The notes under the pieces are model-generated. The model was not told where the DNA came from, did not search any database, and saw only the letters and a list, made by a program, of their open reading frames with translations. DNA of 62,681 bases, filler included, from Rhabdomonas costata (taxonomy: Eukaryota), in NCBI GenBank assembly GCA_019059605.1. It is 15 parts of 15 records of this genome, joined end to end, with 100 filler letters (N's around TTAATTAATTAA, not from the genome) between each part and the next. Parts side by side here need not be neighbours in the genome. Positions count along the whole stretch, not along the records: positions 37,721 to 41,803 come from JAHMHO010000373.1; positions 41,904 to 45,978 come from JAHMHO010000374.1; positions 46,079 to 50,152 come from JAHMHO010000375.1; 12 more parts are not named here. The stretch is one strand, 5' to 3'. The position numbers and the translations under genes are program-made. Below are positions 38,614-49,911 of the stretch, in pieces (position 1 is the first letter of the stretch; every line of letters starts with the position of its first letter).

Positions 38614-41291
38614 AGAACGAGACGATCATTGACCTGGCCGCCTCCCCGGGGGGAAAGACCTCGCACATCGCTCAGCTGATGAAGAACAGCGGGTTGGTGT
38701 ACGCCAACGACCTTAATACCGAGCGCATCCCCGCGCTGCAGGGCAACCTCCACCGGCTGGGAGTCAGCAACGCCGTGGTGACGGAGCTGGACGGCCGCGT
38801 CCTTCCCAAGCACATACGTCAGGCCCACCGGGTGCTGCTGGACGCCCCGTGCACCTGCTCCGGGGTGATCTCCAGGGACCCAAAAAAGAAGCTCACTAAG
38901 TCCAAGCAGGACTTGTTCACGTATGCACCCCCATTCCCGCACCTACACTTCCTTTTTTGTTATGTCACCAGGTCTGATCCGGAAGAAGAGAGAGAGCAGC
39001 TCTGCTTCGGTCGAGACCACTCTTGGATCCTCCCGTAAATTGCATGGAGCCGCTGAGAGTAGGAAGAAGTCTGCAGACGAATGCAACCTGAGACTGCCCG
39101 TGTGCCAGTTGGCCACTGGCGCGTTACGGAAGAGCCGTTCTCTCCTGATCACTTGCTCTTATATATAGCCATCATGTTCACTCGTGTACAACTGCGCGAC
39201 CTTGCAACTTGGATTGATAGGGTACATAATTTGCGGGCACAGGTGCTCTCGGCTGCAGAAGGAGCTTCTTCTGGCTGCGATCGATGCCTGCCGGTGCGGC
39301 CCAGGCAGCCCAGGGATCATCGTGTACAGTACGTGCTCTGTGCTGGTACAAGAGAACGAGGCCGTGGTGCAGTACGCGCTGCGGAAGCGGTTTGTGAAGG
39401 TCGTCGAATCAGGCCTGCCCTTCGGGGTGCCCGGCTTCACCGCCCTCCGGGCGTACCGCTTCGACCCCTCCATGAAGTTCGCCAGGAGGTTTTTGTGTGC
39501 GGGTTGGTACAGACCTGTGTAGTATGCACTGTTTTCATTGCCGGTCAATGTGACGCCGGTAGAGGACAAAGCCGAAGCAGGCCTGGGGTTTTGATAGACG
39601 CAAAAAGCCTCCCGAAACGCTGCGTTTGTACCCTCGGCCGGTCAGTGTGTTCGTTCACGGGTCCTTTTTATTCCCCCCCCCCCTGCCTTTTTTTTTGCCG
39701 CTTCATTCCCCTCCCTGCGGAGGGTTTGAGGACAGCATCCACAACAAAGAATTGCTCCATGCCGAACGGGGCCAAATGTCTAAAAATGAATTCCTAGTGA
39801 GGTATGTCATAATATAGTGGTTCACAGGAGTTAGGTGACCACAGTCGTTCCCAGATACCGAAGAATCCTGCGCCCATACACATCCTCAGAAAATCAGAAA
39901 GGGTTTTCACTCACACAGTAGGTAGCCCATCGAGTGGTGGAGCTGAGGAGGGTAAAACGTGCTTTTTCCTCCTCCGCAGGTTTTATCCTCATGTCCACAA
40001 CCTGGATGGCTTCTTCGTTGCTAAGCTGCAGAAGGTAAAGGACGGACCCCGGCACTCCACCAAAGCCGACGATGATCCCGAGGATACCCCTCTTCCCGCC
40101 AACCCCTTCGCTCGCACCGCCGAGGCTACCACTTCCTCCACGGCCAAGTCCAAGCCCAATTCCAAGCCCGTGATGCTCGGAGGGGGTGGTTACAATACTA
40201 ACTCAAAGTTCCAGGCCACCGCCATGGAACTGGCTCGCCCCATGCTCCTCGCCGCAGCCCAAGCTGTGCCCCTGTCAAAGGACCTATCTCGGCACTTTCA
40301 CATCGCCGAGTTTGGTTGCTCAGAGGGAAAGAACTCCATGGACCCTGTTCGGGCCATTTTGGGGGTTTTGGAGCAGCGCGTCTCTTCGACTGCGAAGCCC
40401 TCAGACAAGCTCGAAGTTCTTGTCACCCACGAAGACTTACCTGCCAACGACTTTGGAAGTCTCCTGAAGCTTCTTCAGGACCCGACGACCTCGTATATGT
40501 TCCCCGCAGAAAGCGGAGAAAAAACAGGGACGGAGACCCGGGGCTACCCACATCTGAATGTCTTCCATAGTTTGGTGGGACAGTCAATGTACAGCCGGAT
40601 CTTGCCTCGTGACACTGTCGACCTGGTTTTCGCTTACACCTGTCTTCACTGGATCTCGCGGAAGCCCTGCGCTATCCTCGACACAGTCCTGCCCTACCTG
40701 ACGAAGGACCCTGTAGCATATGAGGCCTTCTTCACCCAAGCCAGCTCGGATTTGCGGGGCTTTCTCCGCCTGCGAGCGGAAGAGGTGCGCACAGGAGGTG
40801 CACTGCTCTTTCACATGCCCTTGGACGACCGCGAGCGCACTCAGCTTCCCGTGAATCCCATCCTAGCTGCCTGGTCTGGCGCCGTAGATAGTTTGGTAAA
40901 AGATGGTCGCATTACCCCTGAGGTCCGAAGTGCAATGGCCAGCTGCGATTTTGTGTGCCGCCCAGCCGACATCCGCAGGATCATCGACGAAGTCACTGCC
41001 CCCGGCGCGGACTGGCGACTGGTGGAGTATAAGATGGAGGAGGTGAGCCATCCCGCGGGGAACGAGTACGTGGCCGGTCGCATCACCGCCGAGAAGCTTG
41101 GGGAATGGGTGGCAAACACCTGGAAAGCGGTGTTTGCGCACTCTTACCGACACGGCTTGCTCCAGAGCTTTAGTGAGAAGGAGGCCGATGAGGTGATTGA
41201 CGAGATAGTACGACGTTGCCGCGCTGGCATTGAGGCCAAACCGGGCCCCATGGAGATTACCTACGTGTTTGTGCACCTTGCGCGGAATTGA
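38614..41291 (+). CDS. NOP2: NOP2/NSUN1-type m5C rRNA methyltransferase, 3' part (exons 38614-38920, 39243-39488, 39980-41291), last exon continuing into a SABATH methyltransferase domain
   Basis: IIDLAASPGGKTSHIAQLMKNSG, GNLHRLGV, VLLDAPC (motif IV), LQKELLLAAID, IVYSTCSVLVQENEAVVQYALRKR (motif VI), RFYPHVHNLDGFFVAKLQK. All junctions are GT-AG and frame-compatible. Confidence 0.92.
40173..41291 (+). CDS. SABATH-family (Methyltransf_7) SAM-dependent carboxyl/N-methyltransferase domain, intronless
   Basis: MLGGGGYNTNSKFQ, IAEFGCSEGKNS, HEDLPANDFGSL, VGQSMYSRILP..VDLVFAYTCLHWISRKP, QASSDLRGFLRLRAEEVRTGG: all canonical SABATH motifs in order. Confidence 0.92.
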   Translation: MLGGGGYNTNSKFQATAMELARPMLLAAAQAVPLSKDLSRHFHIAEFGCSEGKNSMDPVRAILGVLEQRVSSTAKPSDKLEVLVTHEDLPANDFGSLLKLLQDPTTSYMFPAESGEKTGTETRGYPHLNVFHSLVGQSMYSRILPRDTVDLVFAYTCLHWISRKPCAILDTVLPYLTKDPVAYEAFFTQASSDLRGFLRLRAEEVRTGGALLFHMPLDDRERTQLPVNPILAAWSGAVDSLVKDGRITPEVRSAMASCDFVCRPADIRRIIDEVTAPGADWRLVEYKMEEVSHPAGNEYVAGRITAEKLGEWVANTWKAVFAHSYRHGLLQSFSEKEADEVIDEIVRRCRAGIEAKPGPMEITYVFVHLARN

Positions 41292-41903
41292 ACCAGACGT
41301 CTTGCGTTATATGCTCTCAGCCTTGCTGGGGGATATATGACGCTGCCGTTTTGATTCTGGATCGTGCCCTTCCTTCTGCAAACAAGCTTGGTTTCACCAC
41401 TAGACCACCAAGTTACAAGTTCATCAAAAGCCACGGCCTCGACTGGAAAGTGTCAGGCTCATCACCTCATAGGGTCGCCTTCTTGATTTGCGTTCTTCAC
41501 GGTGTCCGTTGCTCTCCTTCTCCGTATGTGACTTCTGGATTCTCCCACTCCGTTTGTGATTGACTTCTGGATTCAGATCTCTCTTCGAGCAGACTATTCG
41601 CCAGAGTCTACTCCCAGGATTTCTTCTTCCCCTTTTTGTTGCGGCTGGCGTCTCTTCCGTAAGGTTTCACTCCCGCTGGGCTTCGAGAAGTTGCGTCTGC
41701 GACAGCATTTATTGAATTTTTTGTTTTATATCAGACCACGTCCATCTTCACTCTTTGCTGGAAAAAGGCGAAGGTGGACGTGGTCTGATATAAAACAAAA
41801 AACNNNNNNNNNNNNNNNNNNNNNNNNNNNNNNNNNNNNNNNNNNNNTTAATTAATTAANNNNNNNNNNNNNNNNNNNNNNNNNNNNNNNNNNNNNNNNN
41901 NNN

Positions 41904-44900
41904 CCTGGACGGGCGCGCTGTGCGACCGTTGTCAGGCCGGGGTGTACGGGGGGTCCTGCACCCTGGGCTGTCCCGGAAGCGTGTCCAGCCCGTGCTACAA
42001 CCACGGCACCTGCTCTGACGGGATCAACGGCACCGGGGCGTGCACTTGCGAGGTGCCCCCCCGCCCTCGTGCCCTTCCCCTAAGCATGTCTGCTCTCCAT
42101 CAGCTCTTCTTCTAGCAGTGGGGTGTCACGAAGGTCTCAAGGGCCAATAACACAGCTACGTCTCATTGCAGCTGGCAGCGCTGTCACCAAGCCCAGCACA
42201 CACGACGAGACTGCCGTGCTGTCACCCCGACTTTTTGAGAAATATGACCTATGCAGAGGTGTCCGATGCGGGCAATCCCGAGTAGCAGTCCCACCCAACG
42301 GAACTCAGCTGCCCAATGCTTCTCAAACAGGAGTTCTTTGGGCTGGTGGTGCAAATGCTTGCTGGATAGCTCTTGCATGGGCGGAATGCGGGCTCATTTT
42401 CCTCCAGCGAAATGGCCGGAGATCGAGCTGTTGTGGTGCTCAAGGCTTGCAGCAGCAGTTTTGAAACACCGAGGGGCGCAAGAAGAGACGGCCAGAGATG
42501 CCATCTTGTGTCAAACCAAACACCAAGCACCAAACATCAAACACCAAACCCAGCCGCAAAGCAGCCTACACGGGACCGAATTGGAGTGCAGATGACGACT
42601 GGTGCTGAGAGTTGGCGGAAGGAGAACAACTGTGTGCTTAAACTGAAGTCTGGCCCTAACATTTGTGATAAAAAGTGGCGTTCAGTATTTGTATCCCTCT
42701 GTTTCTCCAGTCTGCGAGTTTGAATCTGAACGGTGAGCTCTGAAAAGCAGGGCTGCACATGCTGCTGCCAAGGAGTATGTATAACTGCCAAAATGGCCTT
42801 CTAGTCGGTTTCAACTCTGCTTGTGCAAATTTCCGGCGGCGGCGTTTTGCAGGCGAACTACCGCCTGAAGGACTGCTCAGTGGCATGCCCTCTGTCATCC
42901 TCTACGGGGTTGGTGTGCGGGGGCCATGGCACGTGCAACTCCGCGGGGCTGTGCGAGTGCTCTGGGCAGTACTCCGGTACAACTTGTGAGGTTTGTTTCT
43001 GCCCGCGCACCGCCTCCTGCGAGAGGAGGGCCTTTGTTTTGTCGTCTGTCGCTTTGCTGCAGCAGAAAAGATCCTCTTCCTTGTCACACGGAAGGCTTCC
43101 TTTCGGTTTGCACATGCGCCAGCGGGCCAATCGAAGGAGTAGGGGGCTGTTGTCTCAGCTCCCTACTCCGAGGACCATATACGCTCAGGAATTCAGCTTC
43201 TGCTCGCAGTGCTTTTGCGTTTGTAGGGCTGCTTTGCGGGATGGTATGGATCGGGCTGCGACCAGCAGTGCCAGGGTGGTGTGGCCAACCCTTGCTCCGG
43301 GCATGGAGTCTGCAACGGCGGCACCACAGGTATACTGTTCCCCTTCACTCCCTCCGTATGCGCTTTCTGCCTTTCAAAGGACTTTCTCGGTGCGGTGAGC
43401 TTCAGTGGCACACAGTTTATTGAATGAGCCCCCCCTCTCTCACTCTCTTTCACCACTCTGCTTCGGTGCAAAAGTCTTCCTGGGATGCGGGGGGGGGGTA
43501 CTGGTGGTTGTTTGTGTTGTCCTAATTAAAAGCAATGCGCAGCGCTACTAGAGACGAGTAGGAGAGATCGGCCTCCAGAAATTTTTGACGTTCAAATCGA
43601 ATCGGGCGGCCAGCTAGTCGTCTATCCAACGCACAGATATGCACAGTTTTCCCACTGCACAGTCCCTGTTTTCCCATGCATCCCTTCTGAACCTTTACAA
43701 TATTTTTTTTTTGCTCTTGGGGGGTTGGGGGGGGGTCCCAGGCTCACCCACCCGGCCTTCACCTCTGGGCCTATGAGGCGTGCAAGGCGTTTGGGCTCCC
43801 TTAAGAATGAGGAGGGGGGTACTTCATCGAAATTGATGCTTGAATGTCGCCAGTAAGACTGGGTTAACACATCCACGCGACCCCCTGGACCGGACTGCAG
43901 GAAGGGGTTGGTTGCATTGCTATTGACAGTGTTTTGAAATCCCCAAAGGGAATCTCTGAGCACGGCGGGACCGCCGCCTGCCCACCAGCGCTCAATCCTC
44001 GCTGAGAGGCACCCCCAATCCACCCACATACACTGAGACACGCACGTAGACGTTTGTGTGAATACAGAGAGATAGCCGTAGATGATGATTCAACACTCTC
44101 AGGCGACGGCACCTGCCAGTGCATCACCACCCCGGTGGCGTACGTCGGGAGTTCCTGCCAGTACCAGTGCACGTGCAGCAGCCACGGGACGTGTCAGGCC
44201 AATGGCACCTGCCTGTGCATGGCCTCCGACTCTACGGGCTACTGGACAGGTACTGCGCTGCGCCTGCCGTCCCGCGCCCTTCTCAGCATGCACTGGCTTT
44301 TGCAGACGCTTGTTGGAAGGACACAAATCCTGCTAAGCTGGATAAAGAATAAGGGAATGTTTTTGTTTGGAGGTGTCCAGCACTTGCAGGGTGGAGTTCT
44401 TGGGGCTTTTGCTCAGGTAAGAACTGTGACACCTGCCAACTGTTGTACTCCAACTCCAGCACCTGCGCGTTGGCCTGCCCCATGGTGGATGGCTCGATCT
44501 GCAACGGCAAGGGCACCTGCCACGAGGGGGCATGCAGGTTTGGGCGCACCTACGAGTCCAGGGGGACAGGATGTCTGGGGCTGGGGCCTCCCCACCACGG
44601 GAGTTGCTATTGGAATAGGTGCTGAGGGGGCGGCTTAGTGTCTCATTCATGTTGTTTATTTTTTTTGGTCGAGCAAAGGTCCCTTTACCCTGATCATATC
44701 ATTCTGGTCGTTGCCGGAACAGTGAATACCTCTCCCTTTCCCCCGTCCGTCCTTTGCCTGGGTCTCTGGGTTGATTAACATCCGCCTGCCAGCTGTGAAC
44801 GTGAGTGGCATGTTCAACTTTTCTCAGGAGTCCAATCACACCGCATTCCAGATGGTACCGTAGATGTTTCTCCAACTACTACACACATCTCTCTCGTTTG

Positions 44901-45664
44901 CGCAGCTGCCTCACCGTTGGAGGGGTGCAGTACTGCGGCACTGCCTGCGGCACCTCTGGCGCGGTGTGCGACGTCAACCGCTGCCCCTCTGCGGTGAGCT
45001 ACGGCCCGAACTGTGCCCTGACCTGCACGGGCACTGTGGTGGTGGGGGGCACCGCGGTGGCGTGCAGCGGGCACGGCACGTGCAGCAATGGGAAGGCCGG
45101 GGATGGCTCCTGTACTTGTGCCACGGGGTACGCTCTGGCGGACTGCAGCCTGGCCTGCGATGGGCTGGTCGCTTCCACGGGGCAGCCCTGCTCCGGCCGG
45201 GGCATCTGTGACACGAGCACAGGTTGGGCTCCGGTCCGCGGGAGCAAGTTGTAACCGGCTCTGATCCACACTCTTGCTTGGCAATTGGCAGAAGTTTTAT
45301 GAGAGAGAGAGAGTCAGCTTGATGAACATGACCATTATCTTCATTTATGTTTAGCTCTGAGCAAAGTGTGTAACGCAGCTCGGGATGTAGGACAGTATGA
45401 GGATGAGGGATGTGACTTGGGCTGCTGCTTTTCTGTCCTTCTCCTTCTCCCTCCTTCTCCCTCTCTCTGTGTATGATTGTGTTTTTGCCCTTGCAGGGAA
45501 ATGCACGTGCGCAACGGGGTACGCCGGTACGGGGTGTGTGCTGGTGTGCCCCACGGGCACCAACGGGCTGGTCTGCAGCGGGCTGGGCACGTGCAACGCG
45601 GCGGATGGGACCTGCTCTTGTGCGTACGGCTACGCCGGCACCACGTGCTCCATTGCTTGCCGAG
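41904..45664 (+). CDS. EGF/laminin-EGF repeat (tenascin-like) cysteine-rich protein, internal part (exons 41904-42052, 42853-42990, 43227-43329, 44103-44249, 44417-44537, 44906-45222, 45497-45664)
   Basis: Repeated C.ghG.C....G.C.C..g(Y/W).G..C units. Seven exons join in frame through GT-AG introns. Confidence 0.9.
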
Positions 45665-48149
45665 GTATGCGTGGTCGGCGCGGCGTGGGCTTGGGTGGAC
45701 GTCGCTGGCTGTCATGACACGGCATTGCTTTGAATTCGTAATGTGGTGCAATGCAATTCCGAGCAAATAAAACCGTAAGGGTCGAAAATAATTGGCAACT
45801 TTCGCTCTTCTTCGGATTGCGGATGCCTTTTGGCAATTAGGCTTGGCTTGCCCCCAAGTCAAGCATTTTTCCTTCTTGCATATCCCTTTTTGTTAAAGGT
45901 CACGTCCCTGCTTGCCTTAATTTCCTTCTAGAACCCCCGCTTGTTAATCTTCATCCAAGCCTTTTAGCCCCGAGTGATNNNNNNNNNNNNNNNNNNNNNN
46001 NNNNNNNNNNNNNNNNNNNNNNTTAATTAATTAANNNNNNNNNNNNNNNNNNNNNNNNNNNNNNNNNNNNNNNNNNNNGGGTTTGGGGCGGCTGCTTGGC
46101 CAGCAAAGTCGGCTTCTACAGGCCTCTGTGAAGAAGGAGGTATGGTGGGGTTGCTCCGCTTAGTGGGGAAGGATGGAAGGGCAAGATCGAGCTGGAGCTG
46201 CCTAGGCAAGTGTAATCGAACCACACGCTCGGAAAAATATGAACCTTTTTACCACCTTGAACATCACGTAGGCATCGCACTTGTTGGACTCTTTGGACTG
46301 GTTCAGATTGGAGCACCGGTACAAAGCAACTTGGAGAGCCATTCTACTTGTGTTAGGGAGGAAGAAGAGGAAGATGTATATACAAAAGTAGGCAGCCGTT
46401 GGGGGAGCGGAAGTCCGTGCTATGGGAAAAGGAAAACAATGCCGTCTTTCTCATTCAGTTTCAATTCATTTCAAAAGTGTTTAGTCAACTCACCTTCCCA
46501 GTCTTTGCAAAGTATTGCCCCGCACCGGAAGGACCTCATTTTTCCCTCGGACACCTGAACAACCGCCTGATTACGAGATGTCGTGCGAAACACGAGAGTG
46601 TGAGAGGACACTCCAAGATAATCTTTCCAGCTGGACATTACTGAGCACGGGGTCGGCTAGAAACCGAAAATGGTACAGAAAAAGTCTCCAGGACCTCACG
46701 CCATTTCAAACAATACCCATAGCTTCGGGTGCGGTGCCGGACTCCTCGTAATTGGAGAGCACGAGGTTTTGTTTGTACTGCACTACTTTTGCTTCGGTGC
46801 AAACGACTGATCCACCTTGAGTTTCGGCGATGAGAGGGGATTTGAAGTGACGTGTTGTTCTCAGATTCTCAGATTCTCTGATGGACGGAGCTTTGGTCTT
46901 GCGGTAAAGCTTTCCAAAATGGGGTGGCCAGTAAGGTGGGATGCTGAGGCGGAACGAAGGCCACCCGGGTTGTAACCTACCGGTATTATACGGTTTAACA
47001 TCCCCACAAAATTCCAGATCCAAATTCCGGTTACCCAAACCTAAAGACCTAAAAGCATCGAGAAAGCAACTCACTCAAATCGCAGTGCTCAAGCAAACAA
47101 CAAAAAAAAAAAGAGCAGACAGAGAGAGGGCGCATCCCTTCTCACGGAAAGCCAAAACCACCCTGGTTTTTGCAGCAGCCTTAAATAGCACACAGTGGGT
47201 AGCCAAGTAGCCAACACCCACAGAACAAAAGAAGGCGAGGTTGTTGTGTCAAAGACACTCACTCGACTGCAGGACTGCACCATCGAAAACACAACGCAGA
47301 AGCGATCCAAAAATGCACGGCTTTCTTCTTCGACCCACGCCCATCTTCATTTCTCTTGAGGTTCCTTCGATTCTTTCTCTGTGAAAAATACAACGGATTT
47401 GCGGAGCGGGAAAACCATCAGTCGTTGCATGACCGGTCGAAGAACAACGAGGCTTCCTCTTCGCAGACCTTTGGGCGTTGCAGGGGCTTGGTCCTGCGGC
47501 TTCCCTGGGGTGGACGCAGGGCGGTTCTTTTTTCTCAAAAACGCAAAGGCCGCGTCCACAGCGGCCCACGATTCTGGGTCCAACTGGGAATGGATAAGGA
47601 CAGGAAGGAACGTAACGGAAAATATGACTGAAATATGACTCCCCCCAAAGCCACAAACCCCCGGCCTCATTGGTGAGAAGTGCCGTCCATGCACAGCAGT
47701 TAACGGGTGATGCCAGCTTCATAGTCGGGTTTTTTGTGAACTCTGAGTTGGCTTTCACCCATCGTTGATACATTGGAAAAGTGTTTGTGGAGAAAAGCGA
47801 GCAGCCGCAACTTTTTGTACAATTTAAACAATCTTTTTGCAATTTCGCTGACGAATTTCGGATTTGTGCCCATATAAGCCTGCCTTGAAAAAGAACTGAC
47901 ATATTTGGTATAAAAGCGGTACCAAATTTATGACGTCATTCTTCTTGTGGCCCTGGGTGGGTGTTCCCACCCTGTGGGAGGGTCTCAGAAACCCCTTGCG
48001 TCACCAGCCAAGACCTTGAGAGTCTACCAGCCGGTACCTCCCACAAATGGTGCCCCTGATAACGCGCGGGATTTGTCTCTGGGCGGGTCCCGCATTTTTT
48101 TTTAATTATTAAAAAGGCCCCCTCTGAAAGGTAGCGAAGCATTGTTCAC

Positions 48150-48281
48150 CGTGTACAGTCCTCGCAGCTCACTGGGGTCGTCGAAGTACTCCATGTCGCG
48201 GAGGACGGGTCGAAGCATCATGTACACACGAGGGTCAGAAATCCCGTACAGGGCCATAACCTCAGGAATCGGGGAGCACAT
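48150..48281 (-). CDS. Probable first exon of an unidentified gene
   Basis: MCSPIPEVMALYGISDPRVYMMLRPVLRDMEYFDDPSELRGLYT followed by donor gtgaac. GC3-rich codons; no family recognised. Confidence 0.4.
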
Positions 48282-49062
48282 TTTTCCCAAGAAGGAGGGA
48301 CGGTGGCGAGCAAGAAGACAAGCTGCCCAATTAGGAACAACCAAGGACAAGGAGCAAACTGCACACTGCAGACTGCAATTGGTAAGTTGGCAGCTATCAA
48401 ACTAACCAGGTCGGATTAGGTAAAAAAGGACTCGCATTACGGGAAACTTGATTTTGAGAAGACGAGCGCCCCACATAGCTTCGTTGAAAACTATAAAACC
48501 CCGTGTATGCGATATTTGAGATTATTCGACTCCCGTGACGGCGTGACAAGACCATCCCATTCCAATGCAACAGAGAATTTGCCACTGAACCAAGCGGCCG
48601 GAGATGAATGCACAAACACTTCGAATCGAAGTGTCCCCTGGTTCAGGCTTAGCAGCAATGAGGAGGACTGTTCTTACATAGCATTTCCGCACAGCATTTC
48701 CACACATTTAGTGCGGCCAGAAAACCCAGAAATCCTCGGATCGAACAGAGGACCGGTTTGAACCAGCTCATGAAATTGCTGCTCTTCTACGGAGAGAGGC
48801 TCTTCTCGAAAAATAAGAACTGTCGGGAAAAGCCGGCACAACAGACCGGGCGTTAAGCCAGATGGTATTAACTTCCAATCGTTCCGCTACCCAGACCATA
48901 AAAAGCCCGAGCAGGCAACGGGAAAAGTGAAGCGGTGCTTCAGCCAGTGAGTCGTTGCCCCCGAGGGCTCAGCCCAGTGCCCGGTGCCACAACACCTCAG
49001 TACTCCACTCCTCGGAAGCGGACGCTGCCCTTCCCCAAGGCCCACCACACGGAACCCAGAAA

Positions 49063-49911
49063 CTAGACGTGCTGCAGCAGCAGCTGGCTCCCAAACACCA
49101 TGAACACAGTGACGTAGACGTTCAGCATAGCCCGCACTGGAGCGCCGCGGGTGAAGCCCCTCCACCCGCTCCGGCGGTAGATCTCCGCGGCGACTCCGCG
49201 CATGCTGAGCGGCGGGTTGGGGGCTGGGGAGACAGCGCTGCCTCGCAGACTCTGCATCTCCACCATGACCACTTCCACGGGGTGGTTCACCATCGCGGAG
49301 AGCCCGCCCAGCACGCTGCACAGCAGCTTCTGGCCCTGGTGCACGCCCCCCCACTCCGCAGAATGCAAGGAAAGACGAGACTCATGCTCTCTTAAAATGT
49401 TTTTCACCTGAATGTTTCTGCCCAAGATTCACAAGAAAATTTCTTGTTTTTTTAATTTCATTTTTCCCATTTTGAGAGACACGTCAGATTCCAAACATAC
49501 CTTGAAAGGGCAACCACTGAGGTGGACCCTCAGTTTTTCCAACATACAAAATACGTTTCAGGAACGAATTTTCTGCAAAAGAGGCGGGGACCGTTGCCTG
49601 GCGGGTAGAATTCGGTCCTACGTGGCGATGCACGTCAAGGCGAAGCATGCACACTGGTAAAAAGGGGGGCTATAACTCCGTAATACCATTTAACGATCCC
49701 CAAAGACCAAAGACCAAATAAATGAAACCCTGCCACACAGTCAGCTAATCGAAGCCGCGGGGGCCCTCCACACCTGAGAAAGCTCCGCGCACCCCATGGT
49801 GGACCTCAGGCCGGACTGGTACAGCGCTGTGAACCCAAACCGGCACCCCCAGCTACTGACCTGCCGCGCGCACAGCGGCACGGCGCCCTGGAACAGCGCC
49901 GCCACTCCGCC
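49063..49911 (-). CDS. YHM2: Mitochondrial carrier, YHM2-like (citrate/oxoglutarate carrier), 3' exons 49911-49774 and 49335-49063
   Basis: GGVAALFQG..LCARQVSSWGCRFG|GQKLLCSVLGGLSAMVNHPVEVVMVEMQS...GWRGFTRGAPVR..VTVFMVFG*. Resembles the yeast Yhm2 motifs RQ.tNWGsRFG and GGLSAwNqPiEViRVEMQS, recalled from memory. Confidence 0.75.
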
